Shown: in pieces, positions 25,880 to 38,623 of the stretch
Layout of the letters: each line of letters opens with the position of its first letter
Numbering within the stretch: the stretch's first letter is position 1
Assembly: GCF_026210795.1 (NCBI RefSeq)
Contig: NC_089431.1
Location: 3,162,001 to 3,226,000, forward strand
Direction: 5' to 3'
DNA length: 64,000 nucleotides
From: Rhizophagus irregularis
Taxonomy: Eukaryota
Translations under genes and position numbers: made by a program
The notes under the pieces: model-generated
Told to the model about the DNA's origin: nothing
Seen by the model: the letters and a program-made list of their open reading frames with translations, nothing else
Database searches by the model: none

Positions 25880-26720
25880 CAAATATATGATAATCGTAAA
25901 ACATTGTTATAAATATGTTAAGTACATATAGTATAATGCGTAGCGAGTGACAAAAACGCGTAATAACACGATATAAAATGTGTTTAAAATGCAGAAATGA
26001 CTTCAATCGTATTATCATTGGAAGAGTTAGAAGCAGCAGCTTCAACAATGCATGTTATGCATGTTAGTAAATCGAAAATGGTTTCAAGTAGCTATACTAT
26101 GTTTTCGAAATAAATTACTGAATATCAACTAGATGATTCATTATATTCAATATTATTTAAATGATTTTTAATTTAAAGAATTCTTAAGGATGAATGGAAT
26201 AGATGAAATTGAAATATTATCCCATCTCAACCTTTAATTAATTATGATTCGCTTAAAATGAAAAATATGGAGAATTTATAGTATGAAAGATGATACTTAT
26301 CATCATTTAATCGAACAAGAAATAGAAATTTAAAATTAATAATTAGTAATACTTCAATTCGTCACCTCCTATTAAATGAATTACATCGCGATACACCATT
26401 AATAGATGTATTGATTATCACAATTATGTAGGAATGTTGAAAAAATTGGTTATTGAATAACAAAATTTGAGAGAATTAATGAGAAATCATTATACAAAAG
26501 ACATTGTTGAATTTTTTAAAGCATTATGTAGTGATTCATCAAATTGATTTAGAAAATTGTCAATTAAATAATGGATAGACAATCATTGAAGTCATTAAAA
26601 AATTGATAACACCAAAAGGGAAATTCTTTGATTTTTATATCCCTTTTGATATTTATGAAATTATTATTTTAAAATATCAGGAACGGGGCATAATTGGAAA
26701 ATTTCATGGATAATTGAGAT
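25880..26720 (+). pseudogene. Decayed ORF of unknown family
   Basis: Coding-like segments (TSIVLSLEELEAAASTMH; KLIISNTSIRHLLLNELHRDTPLIDVL; KKLITPKGKFFDFYIPFDIYE) interrupted by stops and frameshifts. Confidence 0.45.
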
Positions 26721-27396
26721 TAATACTTGATAGTTTTTTTTTTTATAATAATTCGATGTTATCATTATGGGATTTCTGTAATAGAAAAATTGGTAAAAAC
26801 TGAAGTATAATTAAATATCCTAATTTTCTTACATGGAATACATGCATTAGAAATTTAGAATAAATAAAAAACTTAACTAAATTTTATATTAAGATTATTA
26901 TTTATTACGATTGTAATAAATATTAATTTTATTAAGCTAAGAAATATAGACAATTCAATAATCGCTCTATATATTCGTAAAAACGTGAATAACTCTAGCC
27001 TTTTCCGCTTTCTCATTTATTTTACCCTCGTCTTCCTATTCCACTTTCATTTTCCTTTTTTCTTTATTCAAATATTAAAAACTTTTTACATAATATAATA
27101 AATCGCACAACTCATTGTGAAATAACTTCACGTCAACTTGTATAATTTATTAAATTTAATCAATTGATTTCTACTTATCAGATTGTCAATACTTATTCAT
27201 TCAATCAATAAATCCAATAAATCTATTTGTTTTCAGCAATTATAGATTTTAATTTTTTAAAATTTTACACTTTTAACACAAGAATTTGATTTTAAACAAA
27301 ACTATTTTTTTAAGACTTGACTCTAACTAGTTAATATTCCATTAATTGCATCATTGTTTTGTTACTTCTGTTCTTCAATCTTAATATTTCTGAATT

Positions 27397-28779
27397 TTAT
27401 GAATGTTCCAATGACTTAATTGCTCCTAAAGCTTGAGCACAACTCTCTATGGTATTACAAATATTTTTTATTTCTGATACATCTGAAGTATTTTTCAATA
27501 GAATACTTAATTCCTCAAGTTTTGTTGATAGAGTCGAAACACATTTTCGTACCACATCATGCTGATGTTTGTTATTATCAGTATCATTTTGTTCCAAAGT
27601 TATATTATTAGTGTTGTTATATGATAACTGAACTTTTTTTCCAAGTTGTTGAATCGTAGACTGAATTGTTATATACAAAAAAAAAAGAAAAAAAGAGAAT
27701 TATTAAGAAAAACAAGGAATATATATAAAAAGGAAGAAAGAGACAACATAATATTATTTGATGAAATTTTCTTGAAATTCATTTTTTAGTCGCTTACTCG
27801 CGTTGAGCTAATATTTTTAATCATCAAAAGATTCATATTTTAATTCTAAATTATCATATATTTATTTGTAATCTAATCTTTATTAAAAAATAAGGGAAAA
27901 AAATATCATACCTCAATCTCTTTAACATCAATTTGATGCTTTTTTTCATTAATTGTATCATTCTTAGCTGAAGATTGTAATGTCGTCAAACTATGTCTCG
28001 AAGAATCAAATTCTGATTCATTTAAATAATAATTTTGACAAATGACACAATATTTTCTTTTATCACGGGACCTAATCAAAGGTACCTTAAACAAATCGCA
28101 AAAATAATAATATTAATAATGTTACATATATATGAGCGTATATTATATATAAAAAAGTATAGCTTACACCGTAACATGTCTCATTTGGACAAATTTGATC
28201 AATTAAAGCCCATCCTTGTAATAAATTTTGACCAATTAAATGTGAAGCACGTTGTGATTGATCACGTTGAATTTTTAATTGTTGAAGCTCATCATTTTTA
28301 TCATCCTTCATGTTATCAAGATCAAATTGTGAAGATGATGGCTGCTGAATTGAACCTACTTTATTATTAAATTTGTCATTATCATCAGTTCCATTAATCG
28401 TAGTTGGAAGTGGAGAAATGTTAGGTTGTTTTGTTTGTGATTTTAATTTCCCCGGTTCTTTATCACACAAAACGCAAAACCATATTGTACTGTCTTTAGA
28501 ACGAAATAAAGGAACCTAAATTAAAGAATTTTATATTAATAATTATTAACAAGAAAATATAAATAATATTAAAATAATTAAGTACATTGCAATTTGGTGT
28601 AGAACAGACTGTGTCGGTCAAGACCTGATAATATTTCACACGAGAAAAAGTATGAATTAGTAACTGAGCAGGCAAATATAACTAAATACTAACGAATAAA
28701 TAAGAAAAAAAAAACTTACCCAACCAGATAAAAGATATTTACCCATAAGGTTTGAAACGTGTTCTATTCCAGAATCCAT
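27397..28779 (-). CDS. ZNRD2/SSSCA1 (Auto_anti-p27) family protein with two zinc-ribbon repeats
   Basis: Spliced MDSGIEHVSNLMGKYLLSGW-VLTDTVCSTPNCN-VPLFRSKDSTIWFCVLC, then ASHLIGQNLLQGWALIDQICPNETCYG-VPLIRSRDKRKYCVIC; helical C-terminus. Confidence 0.85.
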
Positions 28780-29109
28780 GATTGCATGCTGTAGAAATAT
28801 TAAGTATTGAAATTCGAAGACTAGGGCAATCTAGAAAATGTTCATATAATGTGAATTCGGTTACACTAATTCGAGTTACACTAGATTTGATCAGTTGATC
28901 CAACAATTTCATGTGACCTTTATAAAAATATTCATCTACAAAACTTAATAAATTAATTTTTAACAATCACCCTTCTGAATATTTACCTTTTAAAGAGAGA
29001 GGACGATATCATTATCATTAATCATTATGATAGAAGAGGATAATATATGGATTAAAATTATTATGCTTTGCTTCGCTCTAAACTTTTTTATTTATTAAAT
29101 AATATTGAC

Positions 29110-29382
29110 AATAATAAATGGTGTGAAATTATTATATACTGATAAATGGGTATAATGGTGGTATAAATGATTAATTATTATATAATATAAATTTTGAGAA
29201 TCTGCTATCATGATTCAGATATAGAATCACTTCTAACATTAATAAATGTTTGTGAGTTATATTATTATATACTGATTATAATGGTATAAATGATTAATTA
29301 TTATATGATATAAATTTTGAGAAAGTTTCCCGATCTGCTGTTCCGAATATCATGATTCAGATATAGAATCACTTCTAACATT
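29110..29382. repeat. Imperfect tandem duplication of about 130-140 bp including the RGS stop codon
   Basis: ATCATGATTCAGATATAGAATCACTTCTAACATT occurs at about 29207 and about 29349, each preceded by the same AT-rich block. Confidence 0.8.
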
Positions 29383-31017
29383 ATTTCTTACATAAGTTAA
29401 ATATTCTTTAGTTCTAATAAATTTAGGTACGGAATCAATTGCTGTTAATCTGTAAATAACATCTTGAATTTTATCAAATAAATGACTAGTTATAGGATCT
29501 TTTCTATCAACATTATCAGCTATTGAAGTCATATATTGAGTCATTGGTTGACTTAAATTAAAATCAATATTAAGTTCATGACGAGAATTAGAAGCCAAAA
29601 AATCATTATAAATTCTAAAAGCATCTACAATTAAATCTTCTTGTTTAATTGGATCCCCATTCTCATTAATATTTGTACTATATTTAGTTTTAAAATTTTG
29701 AACTTCTAATAAGAATAATAAATTTTCTTCACATAAAATAGATTTTGAAAAGTCCATAAAAAGTGAGCATAAATTTTTATCATCTAAAATTTGTTGAAGT
29801 TTTCTAAAACTTGAAGGATGCTCTTTATTATTATTATTATTAACTTGATTTTCTTTTAATTCATTTTCTCCTAATTTATTAAATGTTTCTTGATTTTCCG
29901 TTTTAGAATTAAAACAATTATTTACATTTTCAGCTTCTGACAAAATTGATAAAGTTGAAGTTCTAGAGATATCATACTTCCATAAAGCAATTTGTTTACC
30001 TTTTTCCAAAATAGTATAATTATTAAATTTTGAATATTTTAATTTTGAATTATCATTCTTAGAATCATTCTTAGAATCTTTCACTTCTACATTATTATTA
30101 TTATTATCATCAATAGTTTTTATAAGACCTCGACGTATAAATTCAGTTATGATTTTCTTTGCTTCTTTTTTTGAAATTAAAGTTGTAAAATCGCATAACC
30201 AATTATAAGCAGATAATCCAGAAAATGTACGATGTGTTTTATTATTAAATTGACGTTCTTGAAGTTCAATTCCAAGATTACGATCAATTGAAGAAGTAGT
30301 TTCATTTATAACATTTGGTTTTGAACCAGCAAACCTCCTAAAAACTGATTCAACATTTTGTTTTGATAATGTAATTGAATCAGTTTCATGATTTCTTTCA
30401 ACAGCAAATAATCTAATTTTAGTAGGTTGAGAAGAAAATATTTTTAATAAATTAGGAACAACTTTTAGATTATTTATTGATATGAATCTTTCTAAAATAT
30501 AAATTCCTTTTGGAGTAAGACCATAAATACTTTTATCTTTAAATGATCGATTATTAGGATCCGATAAATTTTCAAATAATCTTGCATCCATAAATGTTTG
30601 GCACGCAGCTTTTGCTGTACCTTTTGACATTGTAAATTTTGTGATAGTAGCGGTAGTTACAATTTTTGAAGGATCCTTTTGATCTGGCATACGATGTGTT
30701 CGAGTTAATTTTAATGATCCTAAATTTGCTATAGCTGCTTCTGTTGTAAATGAATTTGGATAATTTCCAGATGAATTTTGATGTGATTCCAATGGTATTG
30801 AAATAATCAATGTTGAAAACATATCATATAAATCCTAAAATATGATCAAATCTAAAATATAATTCAATCCATTTTTACGGGTTTTTTCATATTGAATAAG
30901 TAAAAAAAGAAAACACACCTTGACGAAAGGTCTCCCTGACTTTGTAGTTTCCATCACATGAGATGAACGCATTCGTTGAACTTGAGGCACTTTAGGTTTA
31001 GACTTAGAAAACGACAT
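29350..31017 (-). CDS. Regulator of G-protein signalling with DEP and RGS domains (Sst2/FlbA family)
   Basis: Exon 1 ...TKSGRPFVK joins a 490-aa exon with YPNSFTTEAAIANL, CQTFMDARLFE, RTFSGLSAYNWLCDFTT (DEP) and LCEENLLFLLEV...IYNDFLASNSRHELNID...DSVPKF (RGS). Confidence 0.92.
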
Positions 31018-33016
31018 AATTGTATAAAAAAATTTTTATTTTTTTTTCTTTTCTAAAAAAAAAAAGAAAGAAAGAAAAAGAAATGAAAAAAGAAAAAGAA
31101 AAAAAAAACTAAAAAAATTGAGGAGATAAATATGTAAATATATTTATACTTTTTATTTTTATACACTTTATATTGTGTGTAAGAAAAAAAAGTTTATTTT
31201 AAATAAAGTAGCTTAACGTGTCTCGCAAAATTCCTTTTATATTTATTTAATTTATTTTATGTAATGTAAACAGATTTTCAAAGGAAATTCTTATCAGTTA
31301 GTGTTACTATCATGCTCAAACAATTACTTCTCCTTGTAAACATAATTAAAAAATTGATCTTTTTCGTTACCTTTTAAAGGCAAGTGGTAATTTCGGTATA
31401 CCAAGTTTGTAATTACACAACTTCCGATGATAATCAATAAGCATACTATATATATATAATCTTTGTAAATTAAGAATAATTATGGTTCGATTTTTAATAT
31501 ATATTCATAGATGCATTTATAACAATAAATTATTATTCTTACTTAACAATGAAACTATAAAAAGAAAGATTTTTTTTTGAATTAAAATTATTCATATTAT
31601 ATACTCTCGAAAATCGCTGTCAAAGCCAAAGTAGCTAAGCTTAATATAAAGAAAAAGAAAAAAAACGCGGTAAAATAAACGGTAATAAAATAATAATAAT
31701 AATAATATAAACATTTAAAAAAAATCTAATTAAAATCGGTTAGCGTCTCGTATGAATCAATTTAACCATTCCTTATAAAGGAAGTAATGTTTTAAATTTA
31801 TAATTTAAAGAAACAACATGCATATTTTTTTAAAGTCGTAATATGTCATAATCTACGAAACAAAATCATGGTGAGTAAGCATTAAAAGACTTGCACTGAG
31901 CTTGAGCACTTAAAATTTTTTCCGGGTCGGCGCAGAGTATTTATTTCTCTCATGAGATTAACATACTGTACATATACGATATCCCGGATTGCCGAAAATC
32001 TGATTTCATGTTAGTAATCGAAAAAAAAAAAAAAATTTTCCTTATTAACAAAATTATGGAAACTATAGTTCCCCAGAATTGCCCTTGAAATTAAAATTTA
32101 TATTTATACGTCGTGTAACAATTTGGATGATTGGTGGCCGAAAAATAAAATAAAATTATAAATTTTTTAATAACGTATTGAGAAACGATTTTTTTAAAAA
32201 AATATGTCGAATTTCGTCATTTAATACATTTATTAAATTACGTAAATATCATTATATTCCTTTTTTTGATTTCAGGAAAATAATATAATATTTTCTGGTT
32301 ATTTCATTTAAGGTAATGTAACACTGATTTCTCAACCAATGAGCATAAGAACGCTTGATCATCTATAGGCATGAGTATCTTGTGATTGCGTAATTGATAT
32401 TCGAATTAGCGCATGATAAATAAATAATAATAAATAAGGAATTTTGATTTTATGGGCCATTTACAGTACTCGTATCGTCATATAAAATTTTGTACAATTT
32501 TATTTCTATATCACGTCATATGATGTTAAAACGAATTCATTTGTTGGAGTAGCCGACATAAAATTAACTGACACCATTTTTTGCTGACATCAATTTTACC
32601 AATATGCAACTTCATTTCACCAAAGTGACGCTACTCCAAAGAATTGAAAGAATTAAATGTATGATAATTTCGATATAATGCTAAAGGTTTAATTTTGATA
32701 TCTTTAATTTATATTGGTCAATTATGATTAATTCTAATAATTACATAAAAAAAAAAAGTAAAGGAAATTAATTGAAAGATAAAAATATTTCATCATTTCT
32801 CACGGAGAAAAAGACGTAATATATATATATATATTATTTTTACATTATATTAAAGATTAAAGGTATACGTTTTAAAAACTTTGATAACTTTTAAATCGAA
32901 AAAAATTTTAAAATTAAATTATTAAATATCTTAAGTTCCTTTTAAAAAAAATATTATATTACGAATACATTATTAAAATCTTTTTGGTTCAGCTTCCTAT
33001 AGGATGAATCCTAGTT

Positions 33017-33391
33017 TTATGACGGGTTTCTCTTACTTATAATTCTTTTACGTCGTGAATTTTTCGAATTTTTTTCATGTTCATTTTGCGATCGTTTTCG
33101 AAATGGGTTTGTTCTTGACGGAACAAAATTTAATGGATATGGACTTGTTTCGCGTTTTACATGACTAATCAAAATGTTAAGACTTTTATAATGTTGAGGT
33201 GCTAAAGAAAAAAAAACCATGCAAAATGAGTGATTATCGAAGTAACCGAAGAAGGAGAACTGGAGATGTCAGTATGAATTTAACTTACAGATTCTTATAT
33301 TTAATTCAGATTCGTCCTTTAAATTACTTGCCAATACGATACTAATGTTAATTAATATCAAACAGAAAATACTATCAATATTAAATCTCAT
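33017..33391 (-). CDS. Predicted 95-aa secreted prepropeptide with multiple dibasic sites
   Basis: Exon 1 33391-33289 (MRFNIDSIFCLILINISIVLASNLKDESELNIRI), GTAAGT...TTTAG intron 33288-33202, exon 2 in frame with ORF 33017-33220. Confidence 0.65.
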
Positions 33392-34779
33392 AGTTCACTA
33401 TTTGCAATAAAAAAAAAAGAAACATATTTTAATATATTATATATATATAATCTTTTTTATATCCATTTAAAAAGAAGCCTCTAAAATGGAATTCACATGG
33501 GATCATTTATGTCGATCATTACGTGGCTATGGCTTAGTTTTAGGAATGTGTAGCCGTGAATTGATAACACGTATAATGTGTCGTGGCACTATTCACAAAA
33601 ATAATGAAATTTTTGTGGCGGAGGATAACTATTAACAATGAAACCATCACGTAGTATGTATGCTATGATTCAGTGAAACTAGACCAATCGGATTACTTAA
33701 CTCCTTATTAAGGAGGATCTCAGCATCCCGTAATTAAATTTATCAGTTAATATGGTCGATTAAAATGAGCGGTAAGATTTTTTATGGCGATTTTTAAAGT
33801 TAATCCGTAATTGGGTAATCATACACCATCAATTAATAGAATTAATGATCCTTTATGTAAAAACAAAAGATTTATCGCTTTTTTTATTATAACGCATATA
33901 AGAATTGAAAGAATTGAAATATTTAATTATACCTATAGATTTATATTATAGAATCACAAAATTTTTACGTTCGTGCAACTTGATTCAGCTTTTTACGAGC
34001 GAAATGAAAAATATATTGAATTTTTCCTCATATTATTTAATGGGATGTTTTTATGATCCTTTCGAAACGGAAGAATAAAATATAACGGATTTGAGATTTG
34101 TTTTTCTTATCAAGAAAAATGGTGGAATTATATAAGTATGTTGAAGTGTGCTAAAAAAAAGACGTAATAATATATGGAAATTATCGAAATAGTCGAAGAA
34201 AGAATATTAACATATATAAAAAATTATTTAATCCATCTTTTAAATTAATTATTAATGCTTAATTATAATTATAATCATCATTGAGCATTTTATACGATAA
34301 AAATATATTGTATTAATCATATAAACAAATAAAAATTAACCATTTAATATTGACATAAATTTAATCAAAGAAATCCTATAATGTAGGCGCAACAAGTATT
34401 TTATTTCTTAAAATTGATTTCACTGAATTAACAAAAATGTACACATCTGAATCGATTGTAATTGATTAACTTGTAATAAAGACGAACAGATTTTATTACA
34501 TAATTCAAGAATTATAAATATGAAAAATTTTAAAATAATAAATATAATAAAAAATAAAAAAAAATATAATAAAATATAATAAAAAGGTTTTTTTTTTTTT
34601 GGGAAGGGGGAAGCTATTCACAAAAAATCATCTACAAATTTATAAAGAGAGAATAGGAAAGGGAAAGGAGGAATGTACTAATTAAAATTCTTTATTCTAC
34701 TACAAATCTAATATTTTCAGAAATATTTAAGAAAAATTTTTTTTTGAAAAATCCGCTTTCTTCATCTCGTGTTGCTTCT

Positions 34780-36167
34780 TTAGTAGTCCTTCTTCTTGTG
34801 TTCCTTCTTGTAGTAGTCGTCCTTTACATAAGGATTATAGTAAGGATCGTAGTATTTTCCACCTTGTTTGTATGGATCATAATAATCGTCGTGTTTCTTG
34901 TAATCATTCGCTTCGGCTGAGGCGTCTCGCTTGTAGCTGCTCTTGTGGTGCTTGCTGTATTTATCGTAATCATCGTAGCTATCATAATCGTCGTATTTGT
35001 TGTAACCACTGGCGTCTGCTACGGCTGAGGCGTCTCGCTTGTAACTGCTCTTGTGGTGCTTGCTGTATTTATCGTAATCATCGTAGCTATCATAATCGTC
35101 GTATTTGTTGTAACCACTGGCGTCTGCTACGGCTGAGGCGTCTCGCTTGTAGCTGCTCTTATGGTGCTTGCTGTATTTATCGTAATCATCGTAGCTATCA
35201 TAATCGTCGTATTTGTTGTAACCACTGGCGTCTGCTACGGCTGAGGCGTCTCGCTTGTAGCTGCTCTTGTGGTGCTTGCTGTATTTATCGTAATCATCGT
35301 AGCTATCATAATCGTCGTATTTGTTGTAACCACTGGCGTCTGCTACGGCTGAGGCGTCTCGCTTGTAGCTGCTCTTGTGGTGCTTGCTGTATTTATCGTA
35401 ATCATCGTAGCTATCATAATCGTCGTATTTGTTGTAACCACTGGCGTCTGCTACGGCTGAGGCGTCTCGCTTGTAGCTGCTCTTGTGGTGCTTGCTGTAT
35501 TTATCGTAATCATCGTAGCTATCATAATCGTCGTATTTGTTGTAACCACTGGCGTCTGCTACGGCTGAGGCGTCTCGCTTGTAACTGCTCTTGTGGTGCT
35601 TCTTGTGGTATTTATCGTATTTATTATAATAATCGTCATAATCCTTGTAATCATGGGCTTCGGCTTCGGCGTCTCGCTTGTAGCTACTCTTGTGGTGCTT
35701 GCTGTATTTATCGTAATCATCGTAGCTATCATAATCGTCGTATTTGTTGTAACCACTGGCGTCTGCTACGGCTGAGGCGTCTCGCTTGTAGCTACTCTTG
35801 TGGTGCTTCTTGTGGTATTTATCGTATTTATTATAATAATCGTCATAATCCTTGTAATCATGGGCTTCGGCTACGGCGTCTCGCTTGTAGCTACTTTTGT
35901 GGTGCTTCTTGTGGTATTTATCGTATTTATTATAATAATCGTCATATTCCTTGTAATCATGGGCTTCTGCTAACGCGTCACGTTTTTGAACTAAATTTAT
36001 TTTTTTAAACAAAAATACATATTCGCATATATTAATTATAAGAATAAAAATATAAATATAAACATATTTCAAATCAAATAAAAAATTCTCTTAATTTTAC
36101 CAGGGCTGCCATTAGTAACAGTGCTGCCAACGGCAAGCAATGCCAACATTATAAGACTGAACTTCAT
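34780..36167 (-). CDS. Secreted Kex2-processed repeat protein (425 aa), SP7-like effector/peptide precursor candidate
   Basis: Exon 1 36167-36101 encodes the signal peptide MKFSLIMLALLAVGSTVTNGSP; intron 36100-35991; exon 2 is VQKR plus ten repeats ending SSYKR and a terminal unit. Confidence 0.92.
34928..35980 (-). repeat. Coding tandem array: seven 108-bp units and three 99-bp units
   Basis: Order from the N-terminus is B,B,A,B,A,A,A,A,A,A; A = 36 aa, B = 33 aa. Confidence 0.95.
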
Positions 36168-38171
36168 CTTTATTTTTTTTTCTTTCGAATTATTATATTT
36201 ATTATATTTTTTTGAATTCGAATGAACTGAAGAAACAAATTGGTAGGGAAGATACGTGGGGTTTTTATACAAAATTTTCAAAAAAAAACTTACTAAGAAA
36301 AAAATATTTAAGTTTATTTTTTTTTTCCCCCCCCCATTCAAGGAACGCCTGATTTCTCAAAAATGAATTTTCCGCGGTATATTTTCATTTTGACGGATAA
36401 TAAAAAAAGTAAAGCCACTTTAAAACAAATTGGTAAGTTTTACTTTTTTGAATCAAAGCCTCCATTTGTCAAAAAAAAAAACAAAAACATTATACGATTC
36501 CCGATACACACGTTCAATCTTAAGATCCATAAGCCTCAATAATTATTAAATTTACCGAATTTACTAAGATTGCATTTAAGTAATTAACCTTAAATCAGCA
36601 TTAACCTGTTCATCAAAAGTATTTGATAAGCTTAATAACAAGTCAATTATGGCTTGGATTAGGCTTAGATTTACATTAATTAGATTCATCGAAAATTGAT
36701 TGACTGCAGATATAACCTTATTTGTAGTGAATTTAATAAAGCGGCTTAAATGACGCGAAATTTCAAAAGAGGACTAAGATAACCAAAATAATAATTGTAT
36801 TACGAATTTCGATCAATGAGAAAATAAAATTATGATAATTTTCCACAATTTTCAAGATAAAATCAAGATGTTGAGAAATAAATTATGAATTTGAATAATT
36901 GTGTTTATTTTTAGCCACATCTTACGATCTGCGCTCGATTTTGTATTTGTGGCTTTTAAAACATCCCGTACAATAAATAAGTAATATTGTTTATTAATAT
37001 ATTAATATTATTTTAATCCTAACCGAATCTCATTCTTTCGATTAGAAAATTCTATAATTAAAATTTTTTCTTTTGGGGAATTTGTAATCATAGTAAATTT
37101 TGAAATTTTTTCTTTTGGGAATCTGTAATCATATTAAATTATAATTGGGGCTTGCTTTATTTGGGGCTATGAAAGAACAATTATAGTAATTTGATAATTA
37201 ATGTAAATTTAGAAATTTTAGCTCGTTGAATGATTGAAAATTTCCGTGAGGCTTTGAGTTCTATTTTTAGAAATGCGATTGGCATGACGTTTACATAATG
37301 GTGTAACCTATGATTTTCCTATTGTTAAACCTCTCAACGAGGGAAGTTATACACGATAGAAAATAAGATATTAATTATATTTTACAGAAGATTATACATA
37401 CAATGAAATGCAATGAAAAACAATCAAAAATGCTAAAATCTTAATATTTTATTATTTCATTACGTAAAAATTCGTTTATAAGATTTATCATGTGATAAAT
37501 CGAGCGACAATCGCGATCTTTTGCGTTTCATACGCAGAATTTCAAACACAGCCTCATATTTTCATAAAAAAGCCACATATTTTCATTGTGTTAATGAATT
37601 TTTTTTTTTTGCCTTGGTAATACCAGAATTTTAATTAATATAACGTGATAAATCATGCGTATGAGTTTTTTTTGGCTGGGGGAAGAAATTTCTTTAATTT
37701 AACCCTAAATAATAATATAGATTAATTCACGATTTAAATCTTGTAATTATATCTTAACGAATGAAAGTACTTTATTGAAGTAAGAATAATCATATTTTCT
37801 TTTGTTTTACTTTATGAGAATGTAAAATTTTTGATACTTGTTTAATCGATCAAAGTTTTTAGAAATCCAAAATGATTTTTCGAAGGACGCGTTTAAAAGG
37901 CATTTATTGATATAAATCGTCATCTTTAATGAACAAATAGATCTTTTTTTATGAACAAATCAATTTAGATAACCCTGCCGATGATTGGATGAGAATGTGT
38001 TACGTAATTATCAGTATACGACGTAATTATATACGTAATAAGTAATACGTCATTCAATAATTAGCTCTTAAACTTACACAGTGAATTAATTCATTAATAT
38101 TAGATATTTTACGAAAGTGGTCTTTAGAATAATTACTAAGCATTATTTCAATCATGTACAAATCCATAGCG

Positions 38172-38623
38172 CAGTGTTGGGTTTTGGACTTGTCCAATTG
38201 GTTTTTTTAATTGGACAATTTTGGACTGTCCAAAACCAGTTTTGGACATAGTTTGGACATAGTTTTGGACAGTTTAAAACTGCTCAAGAGTCCTAATATT
38301 TATTAACTGAAACTAAAAATAAAATGAAAATATAATGTTAAAATGTTAAAAAAGTAAATATTTAATATAATTAAATAATAAAAATTAATGTAAAATCAAA
38401 ATAATATTAAAAATTAACATTTAAAGATTTTTGAAGTAATTTAATAATTGAACTAAAATTAAAATTAGCCAAAATTAGTCATAATTCTGGCCAAAATTAA
38501 ATTTTTTGTCATGTGATCTGTCCAAAACCTGTCCAATGAAAAAAAGGTTTTGGTTTTGGACAAGTTTTGGACAGGTTTTGGACAAATGTCCAAAACGTTC
38601 AATTGTCCAATTACCCAACACTG
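38172..38623. mobile_element. MITE derived from the CAGTGTTGGG hAT family
   Basis: Both ends homologous to 16051-21215; flanked by a 7-bp direct repeat CATAGCG (38165-38171, 38624-38630). Confidence 0.9.

Larger units (their letters stand above)
24435..29415 (+). repeat. Segmental duplication, source copy
   Basis: Colinear with 8707-13330; here the AIG1, ZNRD2-like and RGS genes are complete. Confidence 0.95.

Noticed and set aside
34928..35980. CRISPR-like array or dikaritin RiPP cluster
   Set aside because: The units are contiguous coding repeats without unique spacers, and no DUF3328/UstYa, tyrosinase or other tailoring gene is visible in the window.
34872..36008. 378-aa Cys/Arg-rich plus-strand ORF
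   Set aside because: Antisense shadow of the coding repeat; the minus strand has the signal peptide, the intron and synonymous-only variation.
35991..36072. N-terminus MKYVYIYIF... of the 430-aa ORF
   Set aside because: Lies in the intron; the true start is the signal-peptide exon at 36167.
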